Source: Raillietiella orientalis
Taxonomy: Eukaryota
DNA: 64,000 bases
NCBI GenBank assembly: GCA_036172245.1
Contig: JAYWIR010000025.1
Span: 1,364,001 to 1,428,000, forward strand
Reading direction: 5' to 3'
A program made the position numbers and the translations under genes. Shown piece after piece: positions 26,107 to 38,500 of this stretch; positions within the stretch are counted from its first letter, which is position 1, and each line of letters begins with the position of its first letter. The notes beneath the pieces were generated by a model. That model made no database searches. It worked only from the letters and a program-made list of their open reading frames with translations, and was not told the DNA's origin.

Positions 26107-27721
26107 TAATTCATCACTCCCTATGCAGCTTGCATTGCTCTGTCTAAATGGAACAGATCAAAAGCGGTGGTCCTGGTCATCAAATCAGCGCGTGAAAGTA
26201 AGGTGTGTTGCGCACCGCCATTCGAAAGATTTGATGGCGCTGGCTTATTATGTTATCAAGAATAAAGTGAAAACGGGAAACAACCGGTGTACCTTGGGGA
26301 AGCAGAACGGCAATCGGGCGTTTCGGGAGCCATAAATCGTTACTTATTGATTAAATTCTCTGTTATTGCAAATTTTTAGCAGCCTTTTATGTTCCTCACA
26401 AGGAAAAGAGGCAACGGGCCGCGTATCCAATAGGGGTTCTGGTCGGTCCATTTTAGTGAAATAGCTGTTTTCTTATATTCTTTGTTGCATTGGGGTAACC
26501 TTTGTCAAGAATGGAAAATGAACCATCTCAATCAAGCCCTCAGCTTAGATAGCAATTTATCACAGCTTAGAAATCCCCGCACGGTTCTTAGAAGATAACC
26601 GTCGGCTTACAGCCGTGAAAAACGAGCTCCTTTAATGCTGACTGATGGTACGGCTGCAGACAAAAGAACTCATGAATACGCATTTAGTGCAACAGTTGCT
26701 GCTCTATGTGTCGGTGGGCAAAGGAGGCTAAACGGAATCACGCAATCGCTGGCAGCACGGACGTGCGTGTTCCGGCCTGCACGGCAGTGATAACGCTCAC
26801 TCGGTGTCTTGGAGAAACCTTTGGAGTTTTCCAGGAAGATTTGTGGACCGTCCGGAGAAGAAAGCCGCATTTTTCGGGGGACGGCCTTTTCTCCCATCCG
26901 GCGCAGAGGAAAATCCCTCTCGAGCTGCTGCAGCAGCTCGAAGCACTCTTCACGCGGGGTCTTCAGGTAAAACCAACTTGTTGTCGCGTTTTTTCCACCG
27001 CCTGCTCCGCCGCCGGGGTGTTCGGAACGTCCCTCTCCCCCATCCTCAGCTGCCCCAGTTTTAGGGAAACTTCTCAGAGATAAAAAATGAAATTCAGTTT
27101 CCTCATGAAACCAAAACGGGTCCGGAGATCCGTAGAGAATTTCCTCCCCAGCAAACGCGCTACCCGTAAATAATGATGATGAGAAGCAACGGGCACGATA
27201 AGCAAGAGACCAGAATTCGCTTCCCGTTCTGCAGCTGAGGGAAGAGATGGACTTGATGGTGGATCATGGAAACGGTTCTGGATGGTGCTGAGGAGAAAGC
27301 TCCGGTCAGAGCACGTCCTCGGGTTTCCTATATTTCACGAAAACATCTGGATTCGGAACGCTGTGGCAAGACATGCGGATGCACAAGAAGCCTCAGCACT
27401 CGCCTTGAAGACCCTAATTTGTTTTACGTGCCCACTGATGTATGAAAAAGCTTCCTCTTATGTAGCGCGTTTAGAGATCCAAGGGCTACACCGAGAAGTC
27501 CAGTGTGTTTTCGCATATTTTCATAGTTGACATGCTTAGGACTGATTTCCAACGGAAAGATGTTGATCGGTGCGTAATGCACGTTACGTATGTGTCAATG
27601 CTGAAAATAAATACACCGCTGATGGTAGACATTGTGTGACCTTCCTTGGAAGCTGCATGTACGGAGGCCAATGCAGCAAGAGCACCCACGCTGTTAGCAA
27701 TTCTGAGAGTCATTCTTTCAG

Positions 27722-27875
27722 GCGAGATGTTACGGGAAACAAAGAAGTAAGAAGGAATCCAAACTCTCATCTTATGTGCACGACGGATCCCCCAGGAGCA
27801 GTTTCTGATGTTCATCCTTCTTCTGCTTACTGCTGGCTGTCTAGCAGTTCGGAAACTGGTGGACCGCCAGCTTGC
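27722..27875 (+). CDS. Candidate plus-strand exon; alternatively a first exon from ATG 27808 encoding a signal-peptide-like MFILLLLTAGCLA
   Basis: TTTCAG acceptor ending at 27721, GTGAGT donor starting at 27876. Frame is ambiguous. Confidence 0.3.
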
Positions 27876-29860
27876 GTGAGTCCCTATGTTTTTGTTTTTA
27901 CTTGCATGGAATCAGAACCCCAGAATTTCATTTCGGAATTTCATATTTGGAAATCGTTCCTGGGCTCAAGTTATTCTTCTCCACCAGCTCATCTCTTGGA
28001 AGCACACTGGTCTCTCTGGACGAGTGTACTTTAGCACGTTTTTTTTTTTTTTTTTTTGGCATTTCCATCATCACGGTCACATGGCATGAGGATGCTCGCC
28101 TCCAGTTGGAGTGAAAAAGGCGGTCCTTCCGTGATAAATCAAAAGAACTGGATGCTTATAGATTTCATCTGTCAAGAAGTAGCTACTTGATAGCAATGAT
28201 CGAGTTAAAGGAACCAGCCAGTAAGCTACTACTCTTTCTGTTTGAAGTTTTTGGCAAAATTGGATGTCTCGTAAACGACCGCGTCAAAAAAATAAAGCCT
28301 AGGGGCATAAGGTAGAGAGTATGGCTACAAGGAAAATAAACACATCGGTGGTCTCAAGCGACGCCTCATGCCTGCGTGGCTTCTTTTCTTCCTCCTTCAA
28401 GATGTCAGAAAACGGAATTTTCCGAGCAACCGGAAATCAGTGTACCCGACCGGGGAACCACACGAAACGGAAACGCGGAGTCCTGGAAAACCACTTTTCC
28501 GATCCGCTCGTGTTGGTTGCCAGCATCTTCTGCCCAAGTAGCTCTTTCCAGCTTTCAGGCAGCGGGAAAACTGTTTTGCTGGTGGTGGCCAGTGCGAATG
28601 CAGAGATTTCCAAGGAAACTGGCGTTGATGTTTTTGTTTCTTAAGGAGGGCTTTCTGGGGAGCATCTGTCCGCAGGATCCATCGTTTCTGAATGAGTGCA
28701 AATGAGGTTGCGGTTTTCCGCATAACCACCACCAGGGATTCTTCTTGAAGTTTCGAGACGAAGTGCCACATGCTTGTCGAGAACAGTGCTTGCCAGGAAT
28801 GCCGAAGTCCAACGACCATGCAAAAAAAGCAGAAACAAGAAGTCGCTGGTTCACCTTTGCGATCATAGTGTCAGTTCCGTCATTTATTTATAGGGGTATT
28901 CTTCATCTTACATAGGAGTGGTGTAGTCGCTCTCCAAGAGGATTCGAACAGCGTGCCCATTTTAAACTCAGGGATCTGACTCTGGATTTGTAGAGAGGCG
29001 GAGCTGTCGGCGGCTTTTGTGCACCATCTCCAAGCAACAGTTCCCACTTGGATTTGGTGGGTCCAAAAAGACAACAGGTGGAAAAGCAGATGAAAGCGTG
29101 GTTTGCCTTTGAGCGGAGGAAAAGCGATCAAAAACCCGTCGGTACCCTCTCGAGGGAGCGAATGGTAACCAATCGGCATAATTTTTAATGAGATTCATTA
29201 CTGGGCCCTTCCCTCCAAGGAAAAAAAAAAAAAAAATGTCTTCATTGAGGACGAATTTTGAAATAAGGCATACCTTCCTAGCTGGTTGAAGCTCTTGGAT
29301 ACGTCCTTGATCACACTTTCTCTTCCGAGCCATCAAATAGTTCTTTTTATGCTTAACATCAGTGTCATTTTATAAGGGCATGAAATGATACTGACCAATG
29401 TCACTTTGCGCCACGTGGTATGGATCGATTGATTTGCCATTGGGTGCGTTTTTGTACTGTAAAGTGGGATCTTGCAAAGTTCTTATGCTGAAAGGATGGA
29501 AATATTTAAACGAAAAATGCAAAATCCATGCTTGATTTCTGAATTGAAATTTCCTTTGCTGAGGTCTCAGAAGATGACACTGAAAGCTTCTCTTCAAGAA
29601 TATCGATCTGTGATTGTAATGCTTTTGCAGGTACTTGGAAGTTTCATTGCCTCCCACCAGAGCTTTTACTCTAAGGATGAGGGATTTTTGAAGTCAATCA
29701 ATTTGCAGTTTCAAAACGGCTTGAATTCAAAGAGTTTATTTTTCTTTCATCTGTTCCTGCGTTTTATTTCTCCTCATCCTGCCTTCTGCTTCCGAGAGCC
29801 TTCTCTTTCTGTGTGCACAGCTTTTTTCCGATTCTTTCTCTCACTTGCGGGACCGCTTAC

Positions 29861-30031
29861 CGTTTTCGAAGTCCAGCAAGCTCAGTTCCGAACGAGATCG
29901 CTTTTGCTGGAGAAGAATTTCTGCTGCTTTCCGCGAGATTGAATGTCTTTCGCGACCTTTGGTTCCAACAACTACTCCGGATTTGTACGAACCACTAAGC
30001 GGAAGCTTCGTACGAAAACATTTCCAGTGCT
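29861..30031 (-). CDS. Candidate exon (HWKCFRTKLPLSGSYKSGVVVGTKGRERHSISRKAAEILLQQKRSRSELSLLDFEN)
   Basis: TTCTCAG acceptor, G|GTAAGC donor. Phase-compatible with a next segment starting at 29633 (VPAKALQSQIDILEEKLSVSSSETSAKE). Confidence 0.45.
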
Positions 30032-31660
30032 CTGAGAAGTTCAAAAGTCTCTCCTCAGAAGGGCAGAAACTGGTGCGTCCCCTGATTCCGTGTTGTCTTC
30101 TGGCTGCTTTCAGCAGAAAATCACTTAATGGCGGAAGCCTCTGCTATGGATTCTGGAACGCCCAACAGATTGTCGTGAAGGGTCGATATCTTTTTATAGC
30201 CAAGTGGGCATCCTTGATTTAAGCACGGCACATTTTCCCGATCTTGATCCCGGCAGACTTCAGAGAACTGCGGATTATTCAGACGATCCATCACTGCTCA
30301 CTCTCTGCCTTCGAACGGTGACAGAAACGACCTGCACTCGCAAACAGCGTTCTCTACGAGCACGCGAGACAACTACCGCCTGCTCTTGCCGCTTTCCCCA
30401 AACGGCTGCCTCGGGCACGACTTTTACCCTCAATCTTCGGAAGCTGCAAACATTTTTCACCCGCGGAGAACCTCGCATCCTATGCTCTCGTGCAGAAACC
30501 ACCGCCCTGGACTGATTCGTTCGTGTAAAACGTTCGTTTGTGTGTTTGTGCATGCGTGTGTGAAAGTGTTAAGCAGACTCCGCTTTCCGCCTTGTGTCTG
30601 CGTCCGCACTTTCCTGCCGATTGCTGCAATGGGATCCTCCATACCTCCGTAATCTCCTATTCATCTGCCTCACACATTACTGAAAGTGAACACCACCTCC
30701 TTTATGCCAGTTCCACTTTTCCCGGTTCCAGCAGCATTGTTCCAGCAGCTCCTTTGTGAGACTTCCCATTTTCTTTTTTGTTGCCTTTGCTGCCTTCTTT
30801 TTAAGGCAGCCTTTCGCGTCGATCCATTTGTCCCCGTGATAAGAATTCATCAGTCATTGCAAATTCTTAATGACTGATCGAAAGTAATTTCCCCGCATTG
30901 AGTTGTAATAATTTGAGCCACAATCCGTTTCCCTTGAGTCAAAGCTCAATTTATCTCTGATTTGCTCTGGACAATGCCTCCTTTTCACATGGGCAAAACG
31001 TTTGAAACACATCGACAAGAAGCCCGTCCTTCCGCTGCATAGGACTGCATCCATGCATGCCTTTCCGCACCTGACCCGAGCTGCGGCTGAAAGCCGAGTC
31101 TGTTTTCAGGTCCATAATCCCGAAAGAGTGTTCCCTCTCGTGCTGCGTGATTCACTCAAATCAAGCCAAGGTCCCCTCCCAAGCACGTCTCGAAAATTTC
31201 CCCGTGAAAAGGGAAACCAGCTCGATTTTCCTACGTCTGTTTGCACTGGAAATCTTGGAAGTTCTTTTAGAAATCCTGAGGGTTATCTTTGGCTTGAAGA
31301 CCTCAGTTCTTTCATTGCCAGCCAGGAAACTTTCGAATCCAAGGTATCCGGAAAAATTTGACCATTGCTCTTGACATTTCTCCTGAAAAAGGATGAGAAA
31401 AAGTTGCTACTTTCTTCTCCTGGGAACTCGGTGAATTCATATCCCATTCTCAGCCCCGTTCTTTCCTTCAAAAAGCAGATAGGCGATGCTTCCCTTGTGA
31501 GGGCAGTCTCCAGAGATGCATCAACCAGCAGGAACTCCAGTTTTCAATTTTGCCTCCTCGACGAAGCACTGGGACGTACGGCGTGAAAAAAAAAATAAAT
31601 AAAAAATCGCCATAACAAACAGTCGCTGTGAAGGAAGAAGAATCACAACAGCAAATTTAC

Positions 31661-31935
31661 CGACTGCTCATGAAACGGATGCTCCAACATAGGAAGATGA
31701 GCTGAGAACCGGAGGAGCCGCCTCGTTGAGCTTAACAGAGCGATGGGGGTGATCTGATGCAGTCCGTGTTCATCACCTCCGCACTCGCTCTTACTCTCCA
31801 TTTCCTTTGAGAATTTTGGCGGTCCTTTCTTCCTTCTTCTTCGCTCTTTCCAAAGCCTTCCCTCCGCACCAGAAGCGCTACAGCATTTTTCGAGTGAGGA
31901 TCGCACGTCTTGAAAGATTCGCGTCGGATCTCTCG
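31661..31935 (-). CDS. Candidate exon (DPTRIFQDVRSSLEKCC...LEHPFHEQS), 5' boundary uncertain
   Basis: Open frame within ORF 31643..31978 ending at a G|GTAAAT donor. Confidence 0.3.
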
Positions 31936-32325
31936 AACACGGCCGCCCAAAGTGCGCGTGGTGCGCTACACTCAACACAGTCCGAGAAAGGAGGACGAAG
32001 ATGGAAACGAGTGCGACTGAAAGTCCGTGGGAATCGTCGTTAATTTTCGCTCTGCCTACTTACATCCATCAACATGTGAGAAGTGAAGAACTGCCCCGAA
32101 GAGAGGCAGAGTTTTCGGATGAGACGCAATCCCTTTCTCAATCTCATTTAATGGGTTGCACGCAGAAGAATCTTCAGAGAAAATTCTAATGAATTCGTGC
32201 AAATTTTAAGGTTGGCTTTTGTGGTGGCTGCATGGATTCGCGTGCTGAAGCTGAATCGGGAGACGCAAAGCGCTTGTTTTTGCTTTTGCTTTTCCATTCC
32301 TCTTCTTTCTGAAGAAAAAATCCAC

Positions 32326-32555
32326 CTGCAAGCAGACGCCAAGCAATCTGGAGGAGATACTCTGCAAAAAATGCAGGCAGAAGATCACCCGGGAACTTCT
32401 CCACGATGACACAAAGCAAGCCAGCGGAGAGGTCATCAGAAGCTTTTTCTAGCATCCTCGCTAGTAGCCATGAGCAACGCCGCAGAAGTGGAAACGGGTC
32501 CAGTTTGCTTACGAGTCCCGATCTCGTCGTTCGTTTTTCCGTACCTGGGTTCCTC
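32326..32555 (-). CDS. Candidate exon encoding a helical, hydrophobic segment (LLRRCSWLLARMLEKASDDLSAGLLCVIVEKFPGDLLPAFFAEYLLQIAWRLLA)
   Basis: Open frame between a TAG acceptor and a CAG|GTGGAT donor; protein-like composition. Confidence 0.3.
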
Positions 32556-35500
32556 CTACGTGCAGTTTTTTTTTTTTTACTCTTTCATTTCTTGCCCTCG
32601 ACAAAAGTCAGTCCATCATTTTCCAAATAAAACCCAAAACCATAAGTGACATTTCTGCATTTCAGTAATTTGAACGTCAAGATAGCATGCTAAAGCGGTG
32701 ATTCGTCTCGTACAAGAGCCACAAGCGACGTCAAAAGTTAAAGGCGACTTGACTACCCCATCCAAGAATTTCTGAACTCAAAGAACGGAAATTTGGAGTG
32801 TAACCATCATAAACCCTTTTTTGAAAAAAAAAAGGAAAAGAAAAAACAGGGAAGCTCAGATCTTATTGGAGAGACAACTACCCACTCCTGTGCAAGCTAG
32901 AAAAAAATGGTTCCCAAATTTCGGTGATTGATTTTTTTTGCACGTAAGAACGCAAGGGACACGCTAGGTAAGGAATTCTTTCGTACTCTGGGAGCTCACG
33001 GCTTGTGCTGGCGCATCTCGGATGAGTGATCTCACAGGAACGTGGAACAGAGGCTTCTTCAGGGGATGCAGAAAGAAGTGGATGCGGCTTCTGATTCCAT
33101 TTGGAATGGAGACACCCGCGGTTCGCAGCACTTTGTTTTCAAAGTGGCCCGGTGTCTCCTCTAATTGAATGTGGACGCCTTTTCTCTTCTCTAAAGTTAA
33201 GAGAACATCCAGAGGTCTATGGATTCTTTCAAGAAGTAATGCATAAATCTGAGCACAGAAGAGGCGCTCGAACTCTTTAATCTTTGCGACGGATCTTTGA
33301 AGTACACTGATGCTGCGGAAGTCGAACGAACGAAAACGTTGAATTCCCGCTCCTTCTTCTCAATGCTACGACGAATCTTTCGACGGACAAATAAAGTTTC
33401 GATTAATTTTTTGTAGCCTTTCCAAATGGTTTACTTCAGCAGCAGCTTTTTTTTTTTTAAAAAAAAAAAAAATTTTCAGTGTTGAAAAATCCATCGTCGT
33501 CTTTGAGTGCGCTGCGTATAGATGCGTCTAGTGTCACCCGTTTTTTAGAGGGGGGTTTCTTCATTTCATCCTAAAGCTAGTTACAGGGATCCAAGTGGTT
33601 TCGAATATCTGATGCGAACTTGCTGCCTGGAAAACTTTGTGCAGATGTCGATCAACGAGCTAGGGTCGCGTCAAACCTCGCTGATTGCCTTTCGGGGGGT
33701 TACTCCTACGTTTGCATCTCTTTACGAGTCTTCGATTTCATTTCAAATAACGACTCTTTTTTTTTTCTCTCTCATTTTTTTTTCCCGAATTGTGCTGGTG
33801 CTCTTTCCTCACGGCTCAGGGAACCGTCACTGAAACCTCTCGGTGTTCCTTAACAAGAGCAATGGCTATCCGAACCTTTTCTGGTTCACGTAGCAAAGCT
33901 TTACGTCCACTCCCAACGACGGCTGCGTATTTTATTCCTTTCGGTTGTACTTTACCTTCCACTTTGCCGTCGCTGAATTTCTTGTTATTTTTAAACCGTC
34001 ACGTCTTGAACCAAAGAATCCTGGTTAAAGCAGTGCCTGGCCGTCCTGCTGTTTCAGTACCAAAATTCGCGTATCTTTTGAAGTCAGCCCACCTGGAGCC
34101 CAACGCTGGCAACTCATCCCTGTTGCACAACTGCCATCTTGCAGTGCCTTGCAGGTAGGCAATGCAATCCAAGGTTTAGGATCACTTATCGAGTGGATGA
34201 GGACGAAAAACGCTGCTCCAACTCTTTGAAATGAATCAGATGGATTCAGCCGTAGTTGTCTGCTGATGCTGCCTGTTTGCTCGTAGGTTTTCGTTTGATT
34301 GAGTTCTCGTCTTTCTGTTACGAGGAGACTCTTTTCAAAATTTGTCCGGAGGCGCAATGCTAATGCAGAGAGCCAAGTCCAAGAAGCAAGTCTAACATGA
34401 GGAGTATATCCATAGCCTTTCTTCCATTTCCAAGCACTCAGAACAGAGCACTGCGTGTCAAAGCAAACGCATCAAACGCTCGAACTCTTCATAGTTAGAA
34501 ATGTTGGTTGCATTCTCAATCTGAAACCCCCCAAATTTCTAATGAAAAAAATGAATAAATAAATAAATTTATGGTTTCTTTTACTTTCTCCAGTGAGAAT
34601 CTTTACTCAACTTGTCAAGTTTAATGACGAGAACCATCGATTTCTTTGGTACTGTCAAAATACCAGAGTTCACCACCAGAGCTGTTCGAATGATCTTTCA
34701 TTAGTTGGAGGCTCCTGAGTGGACCGTGGTGTCCACATAGGCTGGTGCCTACGTGCCGTATGGCAGAGGGCCCTCTTCTAAATGAACGACGGCTCTTCCG
34801 GAAGGGAAATCATTCTCGCGCGTTTACGTCGAAGCACATTCCTTGTATCCTGGATTTGATCCCTTGCTTTCTTCTTCCGCTTCTTCGGGGAAGGAAGACG
34901 GCTGCTTCGGTTAGGGTCACCCTTGATGCTGGTCACCCTCTTTGCTTTCTCTTCCGCTTTCCTTCTCGGAATGTGCATTGGTTACTTCAGTTTTCTCCAA
35001 AACAAGCTTTCATGATTTTGTTCACTGATTTTCGCGTTCACAAAACGGGATTTGCCGGTGATCTTCTGTTGATGGTTGGGTCCCTCTCGATCCACTAAAT
35101 TTCTTTAGCCTGCTTGAAAATCAGACCCGATAATTGGATGAATCTCTCGATGAAGCGACCTTTTCGGTTCGTTTCTGATGGTGGGTCTTTTCGGATGACC
35201 CACCCCACGTCCTCTCATAATTTATACATCAATCTTTTCTATCTGATTCCATAACTCACCGAGGGCTGTCAGACGGCACTTTCATTTACGGAAGAGGGTC
35301 TTTTCGATCGCGGTAGGTCGTTTCAAAACTTTTGCGTCTCCGTCTAGCACTGCTCTCTAGTCTGAAAACCTGCATAGAATTCTCTTTTGCTTTCCACGGA
35401 CGTCTTCTGCATCTCGAAATGAAGAGCGAATGATCAAAAAGGAAACACGCAAAAAGCGAAAAGTCAAGTATGTCTTCCTAAGGAAAGCAGAAGAAGCATC

Positions 35501-38500
35501 TGCAGACTTTGCCCAAGTGATCGTCTCAGCGGGTGCGGAGGCAGCACTTCACTTCTAGATGCTTCCCTGGACCTGTTGTCATAGCGTAGGAGCCACGTGA
35601 GAGGTGCAGAGAAACTTCCAAGTCTCCAGCTAAAGATTGCAAAGTTTCCTACATCTTTCGTGGGATTTCTTCCTGGGAACTTTAGATATCGCTGTTTTCC
35701 CAGCCTCCACAATGCTCGATGCGAGGTCTCAAGAGTCACGCTTTAATTGCAGGTCATTTAATTGTGGCCAGCTCCTTTCCCTGATGAGTTCTAAACTGTA
35801 CAGTACAGTTTTCTACAATGCAAAAAAAAAAAAAAAAAGGTGAGGACGTCACTAAAGTTACATACATATGCCACTAATACAAACAGGTATCTTTGAATGC
35901 ATTTTTGCTGTCGTGTAAAACAGTCATTCAGCACCGATAAATATCCAAAGGTCAGCGGAGTAATTTATTTCTCTGCTATACTTACTAATCTTCTAAATAT
36001 TCAATTAAGCGGATTATCAATAATTCTGCGCTAGAAATCAATGGAAATGTCACGGTCAGATTTCGCACCCGGAAGCCCTAGATGACAGCTTGCACGCATT
36101 TATCAGTCCGCATGTTCATTAAGATTTCTGCATGTCGTATGAACAATTAGAAGGTAGGCCGAGAAGTCAGCTGCCTTGGGCTCCAGTTTCCATATTGATT
36201 GAACTGGACCCGCTCCCACTTTTTAGAGCCTAGATGTCTTTCGGTGGGATTCTCTGTCGCCTTTGTTGTTCTGTTGTCTCATTTCTCAAAATTATGCACA
36301 CGAGGCTTCCAGGTTCCTCTGTACCGGGCTGTTGGGGGGCGTCAGAGATCACGTCTCAATCTTCTGCTGACGATGATTTGTTGTGTTAACGCGGCTGCTG
36401 GAAAACTCCTGTTTGCCTGCGCATCCCGGAAAGGTCCCGGTTTATTCCGCAGTCGGTTTCTGCAGAACGGTGGGGGGAAAGAAAGAACGAGCGAGTTCGT
36501 GGTAGCAAATTACCGAGTGACCTGCAGGGAAGCTGAAATAGCAAAGGAAGAAAGGGATCCGTTCGATCTCCCCGAACCTCTGGAATCCTCAAGAGGACTC
36601 GATTTTTGTGGGCATTCTGAAAGGAGTCATCGAATTTCTTCATTTCGTTTGATTTTCTATGACGAAGTCATTAAATTTTCCACTTGATAGTTTCTATGGT
36701 GAAGGAGAAGACATACCGAAAAACACGAAGAACAGAATACAGTAGGAGCCGCCCGCATAACGCAGGGAATGCGTTCCGCGCTGTACGAGTCCCATTGGTT
36801 TGCGTGGTATGTAGAAAAGATGGGAAATGTGTCTTTAGGGAAGGTGATGGGAAAGTTTATAATGGTAGAATATGTGTTATTCCACTTTGGAACGAAAGGA
36901 AAAAAAACTGAACGAATATTGTTCCACTTGAAGTAAAAAAAAAAACAATCAGAGTTTTCTCGATCCGCTCAAACCATCCAATCCTTTCCACTCTCGTTAT
37001 TGAGAAATGCATTTTCTTGAGCCGCTTCATTCACGAAAATTTGAAGAAAATAGAATGCAATCCATCCGGATCACGTGTTCGCATTCTTCTGGAAAGCAGA
37101 AGAATTTTACGACAAAATCAGAATTCATTCACAGCGCCGTGGAGGGCTGATTTACCGCTGTTGTACGAAGACTGTCGCCATTTTTTTTTCTGCATGATGC
37201 GAATCCGCGTTATGCGAAGGGTTTGCTGTACAGCAGAGAGAGAGGGAGGGAAGAAAAAATGCCCAGGGATATGCAAAAGAACGAATGCATCCCTTGATAA
37301 ATGACGTGGAGTTAGCTGATTGACTTTCTTTGTCGGGCGCTTCGCTCTTTCTTGTTGTCCTCATCCCTGGGAGAATCCATCCTAGGTGTGTCGTCTATGA
37401 CCCCCGAACGAGGGAGTCCTTTGTTCCTTGTGATTGACGCTCAGAGAAGTGCTGAGATTCAGTTCGGTTTTCCGATCACTTTGGCTCGCGCGGTGTAGGT
37501 GCGATCCGTATCGGAGGCTGCAGTACTTCCCCGAACCGGACAACGGTGGCACAATGAGATCCCACGTCGTGGTGAATTGCTTCCGAGAAAGGATGTAAGA
37601 CCACTTTCAAAGTGATGCTCCCCCATTTTTATGAGCGCAGTGGTCAAGGAAACGTATGGTGATATTCAGCGGTCCGTTTCTTTTTGGATCATTCACATTT
37701 GGGATAAGAGGGACACCAGACGGTGTCTGAAGGCACTGCGCACCCAGTCCTTAGGATTCCGACATCGTTTCTTTCCTCTCCGTTGGCATCCAAGTTGGAA
37801 GGGTTCCTATCTACAACATCATGAAGTGATCGAACTTAGCTTGACTGTTTCTTTGTCATCATTTATTGAGACTTGGTTTTGCCTTTCAGATGCGAAGCGG
37901 GCATTGTGAGGTCTTCCGCATTCGGGGGCACCGGCCCTCGCATCTGGAGTTTTTATCCATGCGCCTGTGTTGCAGATTCCTGTGTTGCAGAACATTTTCT
38001 CTCCAAGTTTTGAATAGCTCTTCTGTATCACACATCTTCCCTAATCATCATCCTTAGGGAAGATGCCAGTCATGGCCACGCCAATCTGTTTCGTTTCCAT
38101 TCATTTTATCTTTATTTATTTGATTTTTTTTTTCCATTTTCCAATATTGGAAAGTGGGTACGCTCCATGCACTTTATGGGCATATATCGTTGAGCTTTCG
38201 TACTTGGCTTTCATTCCTTCAATCCCTACTCGGTATGTCTGGAGCGGGCTCCCCATTAAGGGATTCTGGCGCATTGTTGCAAGGTTCATGGTACTTCCGC
38301 AACACAGGACGCAGATGCAAGAAGCTGCTATGCCACCGTTATAATATCTTTTAAGGTTATCTCTTCATAATCCCCTTTCCACCCGAACTTATACTGTCTA
38401 AGGATAATGCCCGGAGATAGGAAAGGCAGGAAAATTTATGACTTCATGAAAATGAAAGCACAGTTTGGTTTACGGAATATTAAAAACGGAACGCGCTGGA

